The translations under genes and the position numbers were made by a program. This document shows positions 48,301 through 54,556 of a stretch of DNA of 64,000 nt, one piece after another. Numbering within the stretch: the stretch's first letter is position 1; each line of letters opens with the position of its first letter. A model generated the notes under the pieces. It did no database searches. It was not told the origin of the DNA and was given only the letters and a program-made list of their open reading frames with translations. Source of the DNA: a virus; the IMG/VR virus record IMGVR_UViG_3300044818_000015, positions 1-64,000 of that record, one strand, 5' to 3'.

Positions 48301-51300
48301 CAGTTCCCGGTAGGGCAACTCCCAGGCGTGTTTGCCCTCGGCGGCGGGCTTCTTCTGGCCGCCCCACTCGCGGCCCTTGGCGGATGGCTCAAATTCGGGG
48401 ATGCCGCCCAGCTCGGCGATGACCGCGGCGTGGTCGATCTTCTTCGCGGTGGCGCGCTTCCGGAATTCGGCGAGCTTCGCCTGCGCTTCCTCGATTCGCT
48501 TGTCGCGATCGCTGATGTTCTCCCACGTCTCCCATTCGTAGCGGCCCTGGCCGGCGAATTGGGCATCGGCCTCGCGGGCGTGCTTCAGGGAGTCCGCAAT
48601 TTTCTGGAGAGCGTTGAGCGAGAGCTTGACCGATTGTTTGACGCGCTCGGGAACTTCTTCGGGCGCGTGCTGTGGCGCTTCGGCGGGAGGCGCATCGCCG
48701 GACGCGGGCGCGGGGGTTCCGCGCTTCTTCGCGATCGCCGCGGCTGCCGCATCGATGGCTTCCTGTTCCTCTTCGGAAACTCCTGCCTCGACGGGCTTCT
48801 TGTCTGCCAGCGGGTGTTGCGGGGGAAGCGTCTGCTTCTTCGGCGGGGCGGGTGGCTTTGGCTTTACGGCGGCCTTCCAGAGGTGATCGTGCGATGGCAC
48901 CTGAATCACGCCGGGCTTGGCGTCCTTCGCGATGCCTTTGATGCTGTCTCGGACCGCCACACCACCGGTGCGGATCTCCGCTTCCTTCAGCCCGGTGTGC
49001 TGTGCGACGAAATCGACGTACTTCTGATCGTGCTTCGAGGGAGTCTTCTGAGCTGCAATGTACGCGGCCTTGTCCAGGTCGTTCTCGAATTCCAGGGTGA
49101 ACTGTTTCGGCCCGTAGCTGTAGCGCGGGGCGGCTCCCTGGAGAGCATGCGGGAGGATGGCGGGAGTTGCAGATTGTGGCTGTTCAGCCACATTACTTAC
49201 TTGACTAAGCTCTGGTTTTTCTTCGGGCGCCGGCGTCTCGTTTTGGAGGGGAGGCACATCGCCGGACGACGGCTGCGCTTCCGCCGCGGGCTTCCCTGTT
49301 AGCGGGATTTCGACTATCTTGCCGTCTTTTCCGCTGAACGTGAGCGAATCGAGGGTGATCGTTCGTCCGGTGACGTTGCGAATGATGCTCCCGTCGTATA
49401 ACTCGCGGTGTGTCCCTGGCTTCAGGTAGGCGATGGTGACGTGTGGCTTATAAGTGGGGAATGTGTTGCCGGTGTGGTCGACGGCATCGCCGACCAGCTT
49501 ATTCAGCTCGTGCAGCTCGGGCGAGTCTACGTCTACCTTGAGGACGTCCGGTCCGCCGTCCGTACCCTTAAATATGGAGGTCTTGCCGAAGGTGACGGTG
49601 ATCGGTCCTTGCCCTTTCAGAATTTCCTGAATCGGAGTGGGGTCCGCGCTGGGGTTGCCGTATTTGACGGTGACGTGTATTTCCTTCTCGCGGCCGTCGC
49701 TGGCGTCGCCTCCGGTTTTCTCCCCTGCTTCAACGTGTAAATGCTCATCGGGGATGGCGGCGCCGAACTTGCGCACTGCATCCGCGATATCCTCCGGCAT
49801 GTTGACCTGGGTAGAAGAGTAGTCGTGAGTTTGAGGGGCAGTATCATCATTTGATACCGGCGCTGCTTTCTCTTCGGGCGCGGGCTTCGGCTTGCCGGCC
49901 GCGGGCCGCGCCATGGCGGCGTCCACGTCGGCACGCAGGGCATTGTCGAGCGATTCGTATGGTTTACCGTGCCGCGCCATCGCAACGCGATCGCGGGCGA
50001 TGCTCTCCGGCGTTGCTTCGGGCGCGGCAGCCGCGGGTTTCGGCGGCACGTCGTCGGCACCGTCATCCGGCTTCGGCGGTTTCGGTGGCACGTCATCCGG
50101 CTTCGGTGGTTTCGGCGGAACATCATCGGGCTTTGGCGGTTTCGGCGGAACGTCCCTCTTGCCGGTCCGTTGGAATTCCTTCTCGAGAATGGAATACGCC
50201 GCTTGGTTGCGCCGGAAGATAGCCGGGTCGACGCCGGGGTTTCTGTCCGGATGGGACGCCATCGCGGCCTTGCGGTACGCGGCGCGCACCTCTTCGAACG
50301 TCGCGTTTCGGTCGACGCCTAGAATATCGCGGGCTTGGTCCTGGGAAAACTCCGGAGATCCGCGGGGCCGTCTCTGTCGCCGGGCGTCATCCTCCTCACG
50401 CTGGCGCTTTTGCCGGGCTTCTGATTCCTCACGTTCGCGCTTGAGTTTGGCTTCATATTCCGCTCGCCTTCGCGCGGAGGCATCTGCGCTTTGGTCCGGA
50501 GGTGGCTTCTTGGTGCCATCGCGTGCGGCCGTTGTCTCCTCATACATCTGCCACATGCGTTCGTCGGTGTACTGGTGGCCGCTGGCGGGGTCTTCCCACA
50601 TCCCTTGCGCGTTTTTCTTATAGAGGTTGTCGCGCCATGTCTCGTAGGGGCCGGGCTTGTAGCCGTCGTCGGGTGGGGGCTTCTTGGGTCCGCCGCCGCC
50701 TTCCCGCTTAAACTTCTCAAAGAGGGACTCTTCGTCAAATTCATTGCCGTTAGTTCGGTCCTTTGACTGCCAGCGATCTTCGGTACCGTGTTGCTCGTAA
50801 AACTTGTCTCGCCACGCATTAAATTCTGGGTCGGGGGCGCCGCCCCTTTGCTCGCTGCGTCCATGGGTGCCAAAGCGTTGGTTATACTCAGCGTGCAGCG
50901 CTTCATCGGTGAAGGTGTTGCCCGCAGTGTCTTCCCAAGTGCCTTGCGCCGTCTGCTTGTAGTTCTTATTGCGCCAGTCTGAGTAGAAGTTTCTAAATCG
51001 GTTGGGGCCCGTGCCGTGGGAGCCAGGGTCGCCGCTATCCGGTGGGGGCTCGTCAACGATTTTCTCTGCTTCGCCGGGCTTGAACTTGAAATTGAAGATG
51101 TCGCCGAGTTTCTTCTCGATGGCGGTAAGCACCTTTTCGCGGTATTCCGGACCGGCCGCGTGGACAAAGGGCAACAGGGTCATGGCGGCATGGCCCACCA
51201 GGTCGCCGGCCGTGGCTGGCGACGGGTCTTGCTTGAAGCGCTCATACACTTCAGGTAGGTCTTTCGCCATAGTGGTGGCGAAATATGCATCGACGCCCGC

Positions 51301-52992
51301 CCGCACCGAATCCGGTATCCCTGGCAGCCTTAGTCCCGCGATGGTCGCCGCGCCCTGCGGCGTGTACAAAAAATCGACGATGCCGGGAATCCCCTTGCTC
51401 GCGTGGAAGAGGAATTCCGCCGTCTTGGCTGGCGCCGGCAGCTTCCCGCGGGTCACGTCCCATGGCTCGCCGAGCGTGCCCTCAATCAGCCTCTTGGCCG
51501 ACTGCCAGGCAAGGTCCCAGATGTCTGTCAGTGTGCCGCCGCCTAGCGCTTTAATCGCGTGCGTGGTGGCAATCGTTTTCGCGCCGTCGACTACGGCGCT
51601 GGCGCGCTCCTGGATAGTCTTCGGTAGCTGGTTGGGTGGGGGCGTCGATTGGATGCCCTTCTGGAGATTGGATGCTTCGTCTTCGAGCGCTTGCGCTGTC
51701 GAGATATCTTCCTGCCGCAAGGGCCGGGTAGCGCGTAGCTGCGCGGCTTGCTGCTTCAGTTGATCGATCCGCGCTCCCGCTTCCGCTGGACGGTAGCCAG
51801 CCGGGGCGCTCTGCGCGGCCTGGTTCGCCTGCTGGATTTGAAGGCTCTGGAGTCCCGCCTTCAGCGTCTCGTCCCGCTTGAACGCCTCAACTTGCGCCTT
51901 ATAGACGCCGATCTCGTCGTTGACCTTCGCTTCGAGCGCCTGCTGCTCCTGGATCTTAGCGTTGTGCGCGTCAATCTCTCCCTGGTCGATGGCTCCGCTA
52001 CTGCCCGGGCCCGGCATGGTCCGCATGTCGATCTGCTGGCGCTCAGCATCGAGCTCCTGCCGCTTCGCGTTGGCGAAGGCAATCAGTTTGTCGACGTTCT
52101 GGCCGCGGAGCGTGAGCGTGCCGCGGCTGAGGACTTGGCTCTCAGGTGCGGCTGGCGCCGCAGTCGTCTCGTCCGGCGGGGATTCCTTTAGATCGTCGTC
52201 CAGTTCCTCATCGAGCGTTTTTCTCGTAGGGGGCCGGGGAATGACGTTTCCGGCGCTATCGACGGGCGCGGGCTTGCCCTCGTCGTCAACGTACTGGCCG
52301 GTTGGCAGGCCTTTTGCCTTGGCTGCCAGTGCTTGCGGAAGATCGAAGGCGCGATAGGTGTAGCCCGTTTCGTCCGGCGGTCCGACGCTCTTCTCGTCGT
52401 AGACGTTGGGCTCGAACAGATGATCAAGGCCATCGGAAACGGCCGGTGCCGAAGCTGCGGGCTTCGTTGCCGCCGGCGCTGCGCCACCGAACAGATCATC
52501 GAGGCCGTCTCCTGCCGGTTTTCCCGCGCTGAAGGGAATTTTGCTGGTGCCTTCGGCGTGGGATACCGCCTGCGCCAGGTCGTCCAGCCGGTCCTTATAA
52601 GTGCCGATCGGCGTAGTAACCGGAACCTTGAGCTTGGATGCAACGTTCTTAGCCCAATCCTCCGGCCGGTTGTTCCCGTCGCCCGCTGGCGCCCACACCT
52701 TACCCAGATCGAGCAAGGTGCTGTCACCGTTCAGCTTGTGCCGGGTGTTCCCCGAGATCTTGGCCGATAAGTCAGAGCGCAGAGCTTCCCACCCCGCTTC
52801 CGGCGTGTCGTAGCTGCCTATCGAGGTGGGCGTGTCGCGGATGTTGCCGGGATTGTTCCGGCCCGTAGGCGCAGATATCGCGGGAGCGGTAGGCGCGGTG
52901 GCCACCGGGGCAGGATTCGGAGCTGCGGGTTTTGGGAAGAGATCGTCCAGGCCGTCGCCGGCCTGTTGATCCTCGGGGAGATAGTTTGGCAA
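33367..52992 (-). CDS. giant (6541 aa) polyvalent DarB-like internal virion protein
   Basis: RNNPGNI lysozyme-like; J-domain HPD; 2H HVTV/HVTIAY; ParB-like GNNR; PBECR; MTase LEPSAGNG/NPPF; Strawberry-notch GDGTGVGK/DESH/GRTHR; ELQSDW module; HEKWH; lies after the ejection protein genes. Confidence 0.93.
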   Translation of the reverse strand: MPNYLPEDQQAGDGLDDLFPKPAAPNPAPVATAPTAPAISAPTGRNNPGNIRDTPTSIGSYDTPEAGWEALRSDLSAKISGNTRHKLNGDSTLLDLGKVWAPAGDGNNRPEDWAKNVASKLKVPVTTPIGTYKDRLDDLAQAVSHAEGTSKIPFSAGKPAGDGLDDLFGGAAPAATKPAASAPAVSDGLDHLFEPNVYDEKSVGPPDETGYTYRAFDLPQALAAKAKGLPTGQYVDDEGKPAPVDSAGNVIPRPPTRKTLDEELDDDLKESPPDETTAAPAAPESQVLSRGTLTLRGQNVDKLIAFANAKRQELDAERQQIDMRTMPGPGSSGAIDQGEIDAHNAKIQEQQALEAKVNDEIGVYKAQVEAFKRDETLKAGLQSLQIQQANQAAQSAPAGYRPAEAGARIDQLKQQAAQLRATRPLRQEDISTAQALEDEASNLQKGIQSTPPPNQLPKTIQERASAVVDGAKTIATTHAIKALGGGTLTDIWDLAWQSAKRLIEGTLGEPWDVTRGKLPAPAKTAEFLFHASKGIPGIVDFLYTPQGAATIAGLRLPGIPDSVRAGVDAYFATTMAKDLPEVYERFKQDPSPATAGDLVGHAAMTLLPFVHAAGPEYREKVLTAIEKKLGDIFNFKFKPGEAEKIVDEPPPDSGDPGSHGTGPNRFRNFYSDWRNKNYKQTAQGTWEDTAGNTFTDEALHAEYNQRFGTHGRSEQRGGAPDPEFNAWRDKFYEQHGTEDRWQSKDRTNGNEFDEESLFEKFKREGGGGPKKPPPDDGYKPGPYETWRDNLYKKNAQGMWEDPASGHQYTDERMWQMYEETTAARDGTKKPPPDQSADASARRRAEYEAKLKREREESEARQKRQREEDDARRQRRPRGSPEFSQDQARDILGVDRNATFEEVRAAYRKAAMASHPDRNPGVDPAIFRRNQAAYSILEKEFQRTGKRDVPPKPPKPDDVPPKPPKPDDVPPKPPKPDDGADDVPPKPAAAAPEATPESIARDRVAMARHGKPYESLDNALRADVDAAMARPAAGKPKPAPEEKAAPVSNDDTAPQTHDYSSTQVNMPEDIADAVRKFGAAIPDEHLHVEAGEKTGGDASDGREKEIHVTVKYGNPSADPTPIQEILKGQGPITVTFGKTSIFKGTDGGPDVLKVDVDSPELHELNKLVGDAVDHTGNTFPTYKPHVTIAYLKPGTHRELYDGSIIRNVTGRTITLDSLTFSGKDGKIVEIPLTGKPAAEAQPSSGDVPPLQNETPAPEEKPELSQVSNVAEQPQSATPAILPHALQGAAPRYSYGPKQFTLEFENDLDKAAYIAAQKTPSKHDQKYVDFVAQHTGLKEAEIRTGGVAVRDSIKGIAKDAKPGVIQVPSHDHLWKAAVKPKPPAPPKKQTLPPQHPLADKKPVEAGVSEEEQEAIDAAAAAIAKKRGTPAPASGDAPPAEAPQHAPEEVPERVKQSVKLSLNALQKIADSLKHAREADAQFAGQGRYEWETWENISDRDKRIEEAQAKLAEFRKRATAKKIDHAAVIAELGGIPEFEPSAKGREWGGQKKPAAEGKHAWELPYRELADLLNHSRDTTARHNALADTYGDYNNPGNDFAQMIQGELRDPERYGAARVPTTELSRRHEAAIRKAMNVGETIPPEVLADYPDLKKPAGIHDFAVGQHVLVSIPGEKPDRPAVVKMVDLKRFANTKTRDGIRVKFDDDDVEATVYWERIRPATTTEAAGPTATSEEGSIQEKPPADKTPIVEEPSDETRSARGQRGDEGESLPEPPPTGRKEIKGERTQIRVKGRALPYEAYYSIREIDDVRPSHDPFTFEEDPDYPYVNGRDYSDELNRARPIQNSLPAFFDEAYLINDNPDAINGPSVIEDVGNALGGNNRLITLKRAYKIPELAKRYQERLRKRAPMFGIDPAGIDGFKKPGLFRVIADDTIDKQRAIADLNKVPTAKLSTAEQATEDARSITPELAKYLASVLESFGPDDSLNDIMNSKMGPSIVNRLISEGIFTEEERPVLFDSTSGAVTKAAKERVAKLVMGSLFEDSDQFKRIAPALRNKLERIAPLLRIIEARPDWTLSPDVRQATALIEYEADYKKAHGFDANSQLAKDQPEMFGSQRPETTPRAEHLAGILRKDSGTAIAKMVRAYVERSTAESFFEQPDPVEEFAKAFGAPKTGPVAPAPVTEDLTTAEKIPISKKHTANLEDQLQKEHRAKNEAELALANIIDSLFEKQKQWELTLSSDSAGARADARAEIRGDIAIAESILEDAAAAGEENKQFLRGQISDLKALASGKPAEPEISDEEQEAVDAAAAAIAAKRGTARATTADMEKRFPIGGRVTFNGPGGTAHSGEVLRIDNHGDQEPAFTLAVRDSGKVVTVDASTATPAPKSKFPPNHPSAPKKAAPPAKANPLADAGKEARDRMKALLEEDDKPQYSRRTDQPEMGSHGPILRQFHHDAKGAISWLLEHETGDAVAALYHPDPRLGDVDIIWGKSGTPEKDFEDGEGVAKLVAKGRTAILAELPEFFPKMQVDEKRSGANRIRLFDDRHKAAVRLDYDGKAKKWLLTVYEDEPPALTTRIRVGEAPKGPGPTPPGTSGQVPLPSGRTTSVPGTPRKGSGETPSPNSGAPDSNIAPEDGEVNSKPDKPQYSRTEGANGTTPPDPRIKQARIDLATVGAEHMLDGVTDEAAWLARMNEDVGPVIQWYAKKTGQTPEDALRQVHRLAVAVAKINGKTVEPMKPPAEKPASGDQQPVQADKPMPVVNKGDVVVFDSPQGIHKGNVVAIYGSSGEIEVRIPATDKPARSVYIKPADIRKINGVSTSAPEPEPAAHPAQALIDAVYDKLKSGGSLGNVVEFNKLAELHLGGSRASGDWTPKDAFDAMEAGINKLLLERGKALMEMDPIAALKDLRELLGRVTTQSVRTDEQLANQQFSTPPTESYVVARVGGILPTDVVLEPSAGNGGIAIWPKAIGAEVHVNEVSERRAQMMELIGFNKPTAHDGELINALLDPAIRPTVVLMNPPFSASAIKSHEATNRAIYGLNHVDQALQRLLPNGRLVVILGGGRADDTNGGANLTTGPSGKWFERIAAQYNVRANIRIAGKEYQKYGTTFSTRIIVIDKNGATPSQVKPGAVKTWDSVLQGNVETLEEAYNLLRDVAADRPQIEPVPRGGNGPRPGKSGTGLGADPGNDDAVPPGVHPGGRGTGRAGKPAGKPGGSGSQHAGVQAGAGDKLPGGVQPGTESAGHPETPAAERPESRPPDSNDERPSTLTLGPNLEEVPQPEAEADNGPFVPYRPSIAGPAHPGDIVETRTMATVKPPPISYKPSLPPSVLENGRLSAVQMEAIAFAGQQNSIVLPGGHYASALIGDGTGVGKGRISAGILWDNYLQGRKRLIWVSEKWDLMDAAIHDFRNIGADALTRGISIEDGKNVMGENPAVQAFSKFGYGKKIEHDGVLFSTYALLTGKNKTGQRRIDQMEAYLRGDDDGEGAYILWDESHNLKSAVAAQGGSESQRGVAAKELLARMPKLRTVSLSATAATDVINLGYLDRLGQWGPGTAFPQGFGEFQSQIGPGGIAAMELIARSLKAQGKYLARTLSYKGVTYETETHKLSKEQKDLYRTATQAWASVIQHAEATIANTTNGGRQQRGNFMSAFGGAQQRFFGLLITALKTPTAVELANKALAEGKSVVITLVNTNEAAQNREKAKQRDEDEDPDDLPEYDFGPKEALVNMVLTSYPTQQYADDVDSSGNPIKVPVYRNDEQGRKIPVVNPAAVEARDALIAKLNRDLHMPENPLDILINSLGGDKHVAEITGRKEKYDRSIGKFVPRGDPKASKKEINLFEMRAFQGGKKRVAVLSSAGGTGISLHAGNDVANQQKRYHITLQTGWSADKAQQMLGRTHRTNQKQPPEYVFLISDLAGEQRFVSTIQRRLGSLGALTKGQKNAAAGSAMGENANIETEQGRAATNSFYTQLLRNQPVPGTGLSGLQVLTDLRVIKLGSSGPEIPPADMTNVTKLLNRLMALDPDIQNATYRYFFNIFNAAVEQAIAAGTLDTGVKTLPGDEIEVKEQRLLAKDPKTGAETYYYPVDAKNKTERVSPEELDERLLQHEKRHAAIARNEKGVLYLVIDAPPTVHADGNVEPSSYTAKPERGRWLKVTQAELRGKGLKEVDTWAKEELSKAQDALKGAERDLERDQAQLKRDEDNNRTSRVRDAESDLSYAQGRADEAAAPDFEYFARTRREEALERAKTALAKAKAYEMPADSWQRKRVDASTKEVEAQRAPLAAAEAIAKDPQQWAKDIWKERYDAAPTHTTTHHHLIGGEVMRFWNPIRDAAFIRNSIYTTADSKTAERVVGIDIPESRIRALLDRISGGKSTVDAKQLHDDVLRNNLTYTLEGNTQVRRGIIGRIQVIQLFPPNQDVARNLLTLGALSEKGITPVYYIPRKYDGDGPNTTGAILDRILEAYPVKPDEAPPDAPQFSRQAPEVLARYTNHEDGLESVVTRHPNGYAVTLRDLDAEQTLPTVTIYPTLERARAKAHEIAGQASLVDRVAEASSQAETQSAADRLLGAQLTAQVKSGMAARPAKLKPAKDRGSDSLFGDQGQEPEQAPLFSRQPKAADKPQYSRVLQDPRARLTDQLRSAKALMERATIPGERAAAAAAVKRLEQSLAELSPAAAQTGQQRAEKVIASRAEFNNAQHRRVDEFVKERDRAFQAFQKSQADRPFDDDSTAAAQAFYEADAAAWKAFHAEQAERFKDTPQYSRKTPGFYSQLERAIAAKMKGPAVPGQLLAMLRNPQSGVKADELKWTGLDTWLEERKGPVTREQVLAFVKANEVQVEEVVKGGGAELEPTAWKEELPDWIADTPEGRYTITPNKGYDGFSLTSTHGSLGEFDSIAAAKDAVEAERIEIDLDQGPARESVAKYGGYVTPGGENYRELLLTLPGAKSETYTDANGMERTRQTAGTYRSSHWSEPNVLAHVRFGDRWTSADGTPYTPPEKILHVYELQSDWHQEGKKKGYQGGQWDALRNQAEAYLNSVDLGLSPYTFGWLFERPGDTNAQASKAAQASKAKRLEALREHFGEEWIDKANTLSTVHKNDSGVPPAPFAKTWHELAFKRMLRYAAENGYDRLAWDTGETHADRYDLSQQLESIWAKPAKGGTFDLTVDAKGGETIYDTGRTGPVTAEGLEDIVGKEMAQRIVAGEGEKSDFGDPAARTFTGLDLKVGGEGMKGFYDKILVDYAKKYGKKWDAKVGTTQINKPSIAGDLFIDEQDGGAAGQMFSVLDSQDTLSEPVREFETRAQAEAFVARVATDNPGALQPLHSIDITPAMVDSVMQGQPLFARTPDGETSDPGALRITVQPGKLITNQANVTAIGQVWGDPALDGMRLHPRHVVRAVKALMPTHPALALALEKAGANEQSVLLVNGSAGLQRAAATLRHEKWHLSIDQLEGHLGEHEQELLDHPFAQDAAVQLRLKGYPENEIAAEIGTHLVGGQYEELGLTRPQAVELGTHYFTLLTKQHGAKAVEQAITNLAPMMKEAVLRAGINAETERRSGTPQGELPQGADSGETGPQSSRGSHGGNHAAGGSRGQAALLLQDGPAFARRRKALNEPASYQSKTGALKNKLVRNLSQLEKVSHPAHAAAVQTATSRAQTVALMRAAAPRVEAALGKNGPSWLNFRRSLIESRLRGLRGRWDNMAEGAAQSTNDDLPAFLASVMHALQAIHEESIGVPIQSPALTAAALLERGDMDGLRAFLVDTFERAAARVARMMPETEYQDITQHAGFAGGLKVYKTLVEDAVRENHEENEGVLSNALGPLDTYYPLVRLDEEQPNAKGRWGRAVPYRKPPNIANYFATGHGEFYDAGMEALADRLRQAFRANNKGALIQALEDNKLGRKLGRGESLPDSIAIRSKDYKAVKVEVKPDRQIVTPGQGSVFVPAQHMVTAAWLEEELRPILDKNNLNLSDPASLIGKITQFTLAGPLDAVIHSANLIGTLVANTPFLGTSLAGKIAGGNPFTKRAAAIFHLINTNPTTEESVQDIIDMAKLGVVPEKYGSMASSWFKKSREYAAQMGADVEPTLGGEIKRALRETAEDFAAMVLRQPGPAKRDVEASLGFGPFLYGPKGIDIRARLVMYRAAKALYPQATTKDLYLVVNQLGNYTRALQGSIERAAKESGWSPFYTAGSTMARNGVNAWTGRGPMPKGGAGLRALQAITGGAVGLIALWIAMHEAMRGDPPWKDPHSKLLAVRLTDKQRATWLAQQLWGPPSNGDAYIDIGFFSPLVKRGARALGISGAFDAYKAGGSTDQLMDAAVAGAFNAAAHPLLGPPFSAAWVGLSGTEPYVTGWRDDRGKFNPQLMKAVETQKPGMAGWAKAHALAPLVTMNGFLENVGEATGLTKGLMPHGDDPANHWLRMAVDLATPQLFSRPGDALNHAEFLARQRSSAANADRVKVKNQITSLVRDDKIDEANELIGKQIAAGVISPNDVKLALKRAKVPKNVAGFESLDMMSALDIMDITTPEERILFTPILNKKIRTAWPKLPLNQQQEVIEQMNRLSGQ
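36216..36416 (-). CDS. nested +1-frame ORF inside the giant gene (66 aa)
   Basis: AAAGAGG RBS before GTG; overlies a Gly/Ser linker of the host frame. Confidence 0.5.
   Translation of the reverse strand: MPELTPKQNEDLERLKANYRKGLTAARQGPKALAEAMEEIMPPEDPEDKPHFFYKTDRPLPGAAKP
43209..43556 (-). CDS. nested +1-frame ORF inside the giant gene (115 aa, helical)
   Basis: TACAAT -10-like box 10 nt before the ATG; amphipathic sequence over a Gly/Pro linker of the host frame. Confidence 0.6.
   Translation of the reverse strand: MSQPIARKSSLSREAVMALGPVSPELAWAQILAMMMQCRQEYTRAAEELAERANLPESLEDLVVSMREFKPVLAINYLVESNPELSLRDIPKLPPLNVLKAVLRTQMTNDRLLSH
45098..45126 (+). promoter_or_regulatory. antisense sigma70-type promoter within the giant gene
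   Basis: TTGACT(45098-45103)-17 bp-GATATT(45121-45126). Confidence 0.6.
45133..45305 (+). ncRNA. candidate antisense structured RNA: two tandem four-way-junction units
   Basis: Units 45140-45219 and 45226-45304, each a closing stem plus three hairpins; G-U pairs form only on the + strand. Confidence 0.55.
47586..47744 (-). CDS. nested +1-frame ORF inside the giant gene (52 aa)
   Basis: TATAGT-AGAGGAG-7 nt-ATG; MKHVQPEDSVETKENRFLNRLQQAEKRLKANGRKFV... Confidence 0.55.
   Translation of the reverse strand: MKHVQPEDSVETKENRFLNRLQQAEKRLKANGRKFVSREEPSPTKPITPSEK
50030..50158 (-). repeat. 30-bp tandem repeats encoding DDVPPKPPKP
   Basis: Three to four copies directly after the J-domain. Confidence 0.85.
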
Positions 52993-53001
52993 TGGAGTGG
53001 C

Positions 53002-54468
53002 TTACAGGGTTCCTGCGGCGCGCGCGGCTTTGACGGCCGCTTCCGCTTCCGGACCATCGGCTTTGAATCCGCGGCTGACTGCGCCTTGACGGATCTGGGC
53101 CTCGGTGTACTTCTTGGTTGCCGGCGGCGGATCTGCGGCGGGTTTTGCAACTTGCGCGCCACGGCCGCCGCCGTTAGGGGGAGTGGCCCCTATCTTGGTC
53201 AGCTTCCCGTCGGCTCCTACGCTGAGGCCGGGTGCCCCGCTGGTACCGCTGTTGGCGAGCTTATAGTTACGCAGGTCCCCGCCCTTGATAGCGCGCAGGG
53301 CTTTCAGCACCCCACCGCGGTTATCACCGATCGGATGATTCTCGTAATAGTCGGTGTTGGCGACGTTCTTGATCGCGTCGTCCACGCCCGCCCCACCGTT
53401 TGCGTTGCTTTCGGCAACGGCTTGGTAGGCGAGAGCCAGGTCCTCGTTGGCGCGCTGGGGAACCGTCTCGTGCTTCTTGGCCCGCTCGGCGGCGTCCTCT
53501 CTGAGTTTCAGGCTCTTAGCGCGGTCTTCTTCCGATTGCTTGGTGCGCCGTCGCGTTTCTGCGTCCATGGCCGCGGTCCGGTCGGCAGCTTCGATCTGCG
53601 CGGCGGTCATGCCCATTCGATTGAGGCTCTGCATCGCAGCCGGGTTCACCTTGCCGGCGGCGTCAAACGGTGGAGCGCCGAACGAGTCCGGCGGCAGTTC
53701 GCTGTCATTGATGATCTGGTTCCACTGATTCAGCTCGGTCACGCCGCGCAATTTGCCGCGGGTTTGATCGATCTTGGCCTGCTGCAGGGCGAGCTTCGCC
53801 TTCTCGGCCGTGGCCGTCTCCGCCGCCAGCTTGGCGTCGGCGGCGAGTGAGGCGTGCGTATTCAGCTCGTTGCGCATCGCGGTGACGCCCTCGCGGCCAG
53901 GGAATTCCCCGAATGTCTTCAGGGCTTGCGCGTGTTCGTCGTTGCTGGTCAGATTGTCCCGGTTAAACCCCTCGAGGATCTTCGGCCAGCGGGCTTTCAG
54001 CTCGTCGTCCGTCAGGTCTAAGGCCGAAGTCAGCCGGTCCCGCATGGCGCCGTTCTTCTGCGCCGTGGCGTTGAATTTCTTCACCCCCAGGTCGACGTCG
54101 GCTTCATTCTGTTTGGTCAGCGCGAGCGCGTGATCGTCCAGGCCCTTGCGGACTCGCGCGATTCCCCGCGTCGACATCCCATTCTGGGTAGCCAGATCCA
54201 GGAACTTCTTCGGATCTCCCTGCGCAATCTTGAATTGGGTGTTGCCGATCTCCTCGTCCTTCTGGTCCTGCTGCATCTCCGCGGCCTTCATGCTGGCTTC
54301 CTGCGCCTGCGCCTGGTGTTGCTGGAGAATCAACGGATTGAGCTGGGCCTGCTGTTGCTGCTGCGCCTTCATGTTCTGCAGGGACATCATCTGTCCATAC
54401 ATTTGCATGGGGTCGTTGAGCTGCTGAGTAGGATGTCCAGCTTGTAGTGGGATAGAAGCGTCGATCAT
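53002..54468 (-). CDS. DNA ejection/transfer protein (P22 gp20-like position)
   Basis: MIDASIPLQ N-terminus, Q/A-rich helical; synteny. Confidence 0.7.
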   Translation of the reverse strand: MIDASIPLQAGHPTQQLNDPMQMYGQMMSLQNMKAQQQQQAQLNPLILQQHQAQAQEASMKAAEMQQDQKDEEIGNTQFKIAQGDPKKFLDLATQNGMSTRGIARVRKGLDDHALALTKQNEADVDLGVKKFNATAQKNGAMRDRLTSALDLTDDELKARWPKILEGFNRDNLTSNDEHAQALKTFGEFPGREGVTAMRNELNTHASLAADAKLAAETATAEKAKLALQQAKIDQTRGKLRGVTELNQWNQIINDSELPPDSFGAPPFDAAGKVNPAAMQSLNRMGMTAAQIEAADRTAAMDAETRRRTKQSEEDRAKSLKLREDAAERAKKHETVPQRANEDLALAYQAVAESNANGGAGVDDAIKNVANTDYYENHPIGDNRGGVLKALRAIKGGDLRNYKLANSGTSGAPGLSVGADGKLTKIGATPPNGGGRGAQVAKPAADPPPATKKYTEAQIRQGAVSRGFKADGPEAEAAVKAARAAGTL

Positions 54469-54556
54469 AAAAAGAACCTTTTTCTTCGGGCACGTCTTGA
54501 GCGGGATTCCCGGGGAAGTTGCTCGCCGGACGTGAGTTTCCGGTAGAACTTAAAGG

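Noticed and set aside
43348-49302. Long plus-strand ORFs (680 aa at 43348, 431 aa at 48007) opposite the giant gene
   Set aside because: Typical antisense shadow frames of GC-rich coding DNA, with no motifs.
44967-50126. Other +1-frame ORFs in the giant gene (45461-44967, 49193-48987, 50126-49617)
   Set aside because: Arg/Ser/Pro-rich frame-shadow composition, no RBS, and they overlap folded domains rather than linkers.
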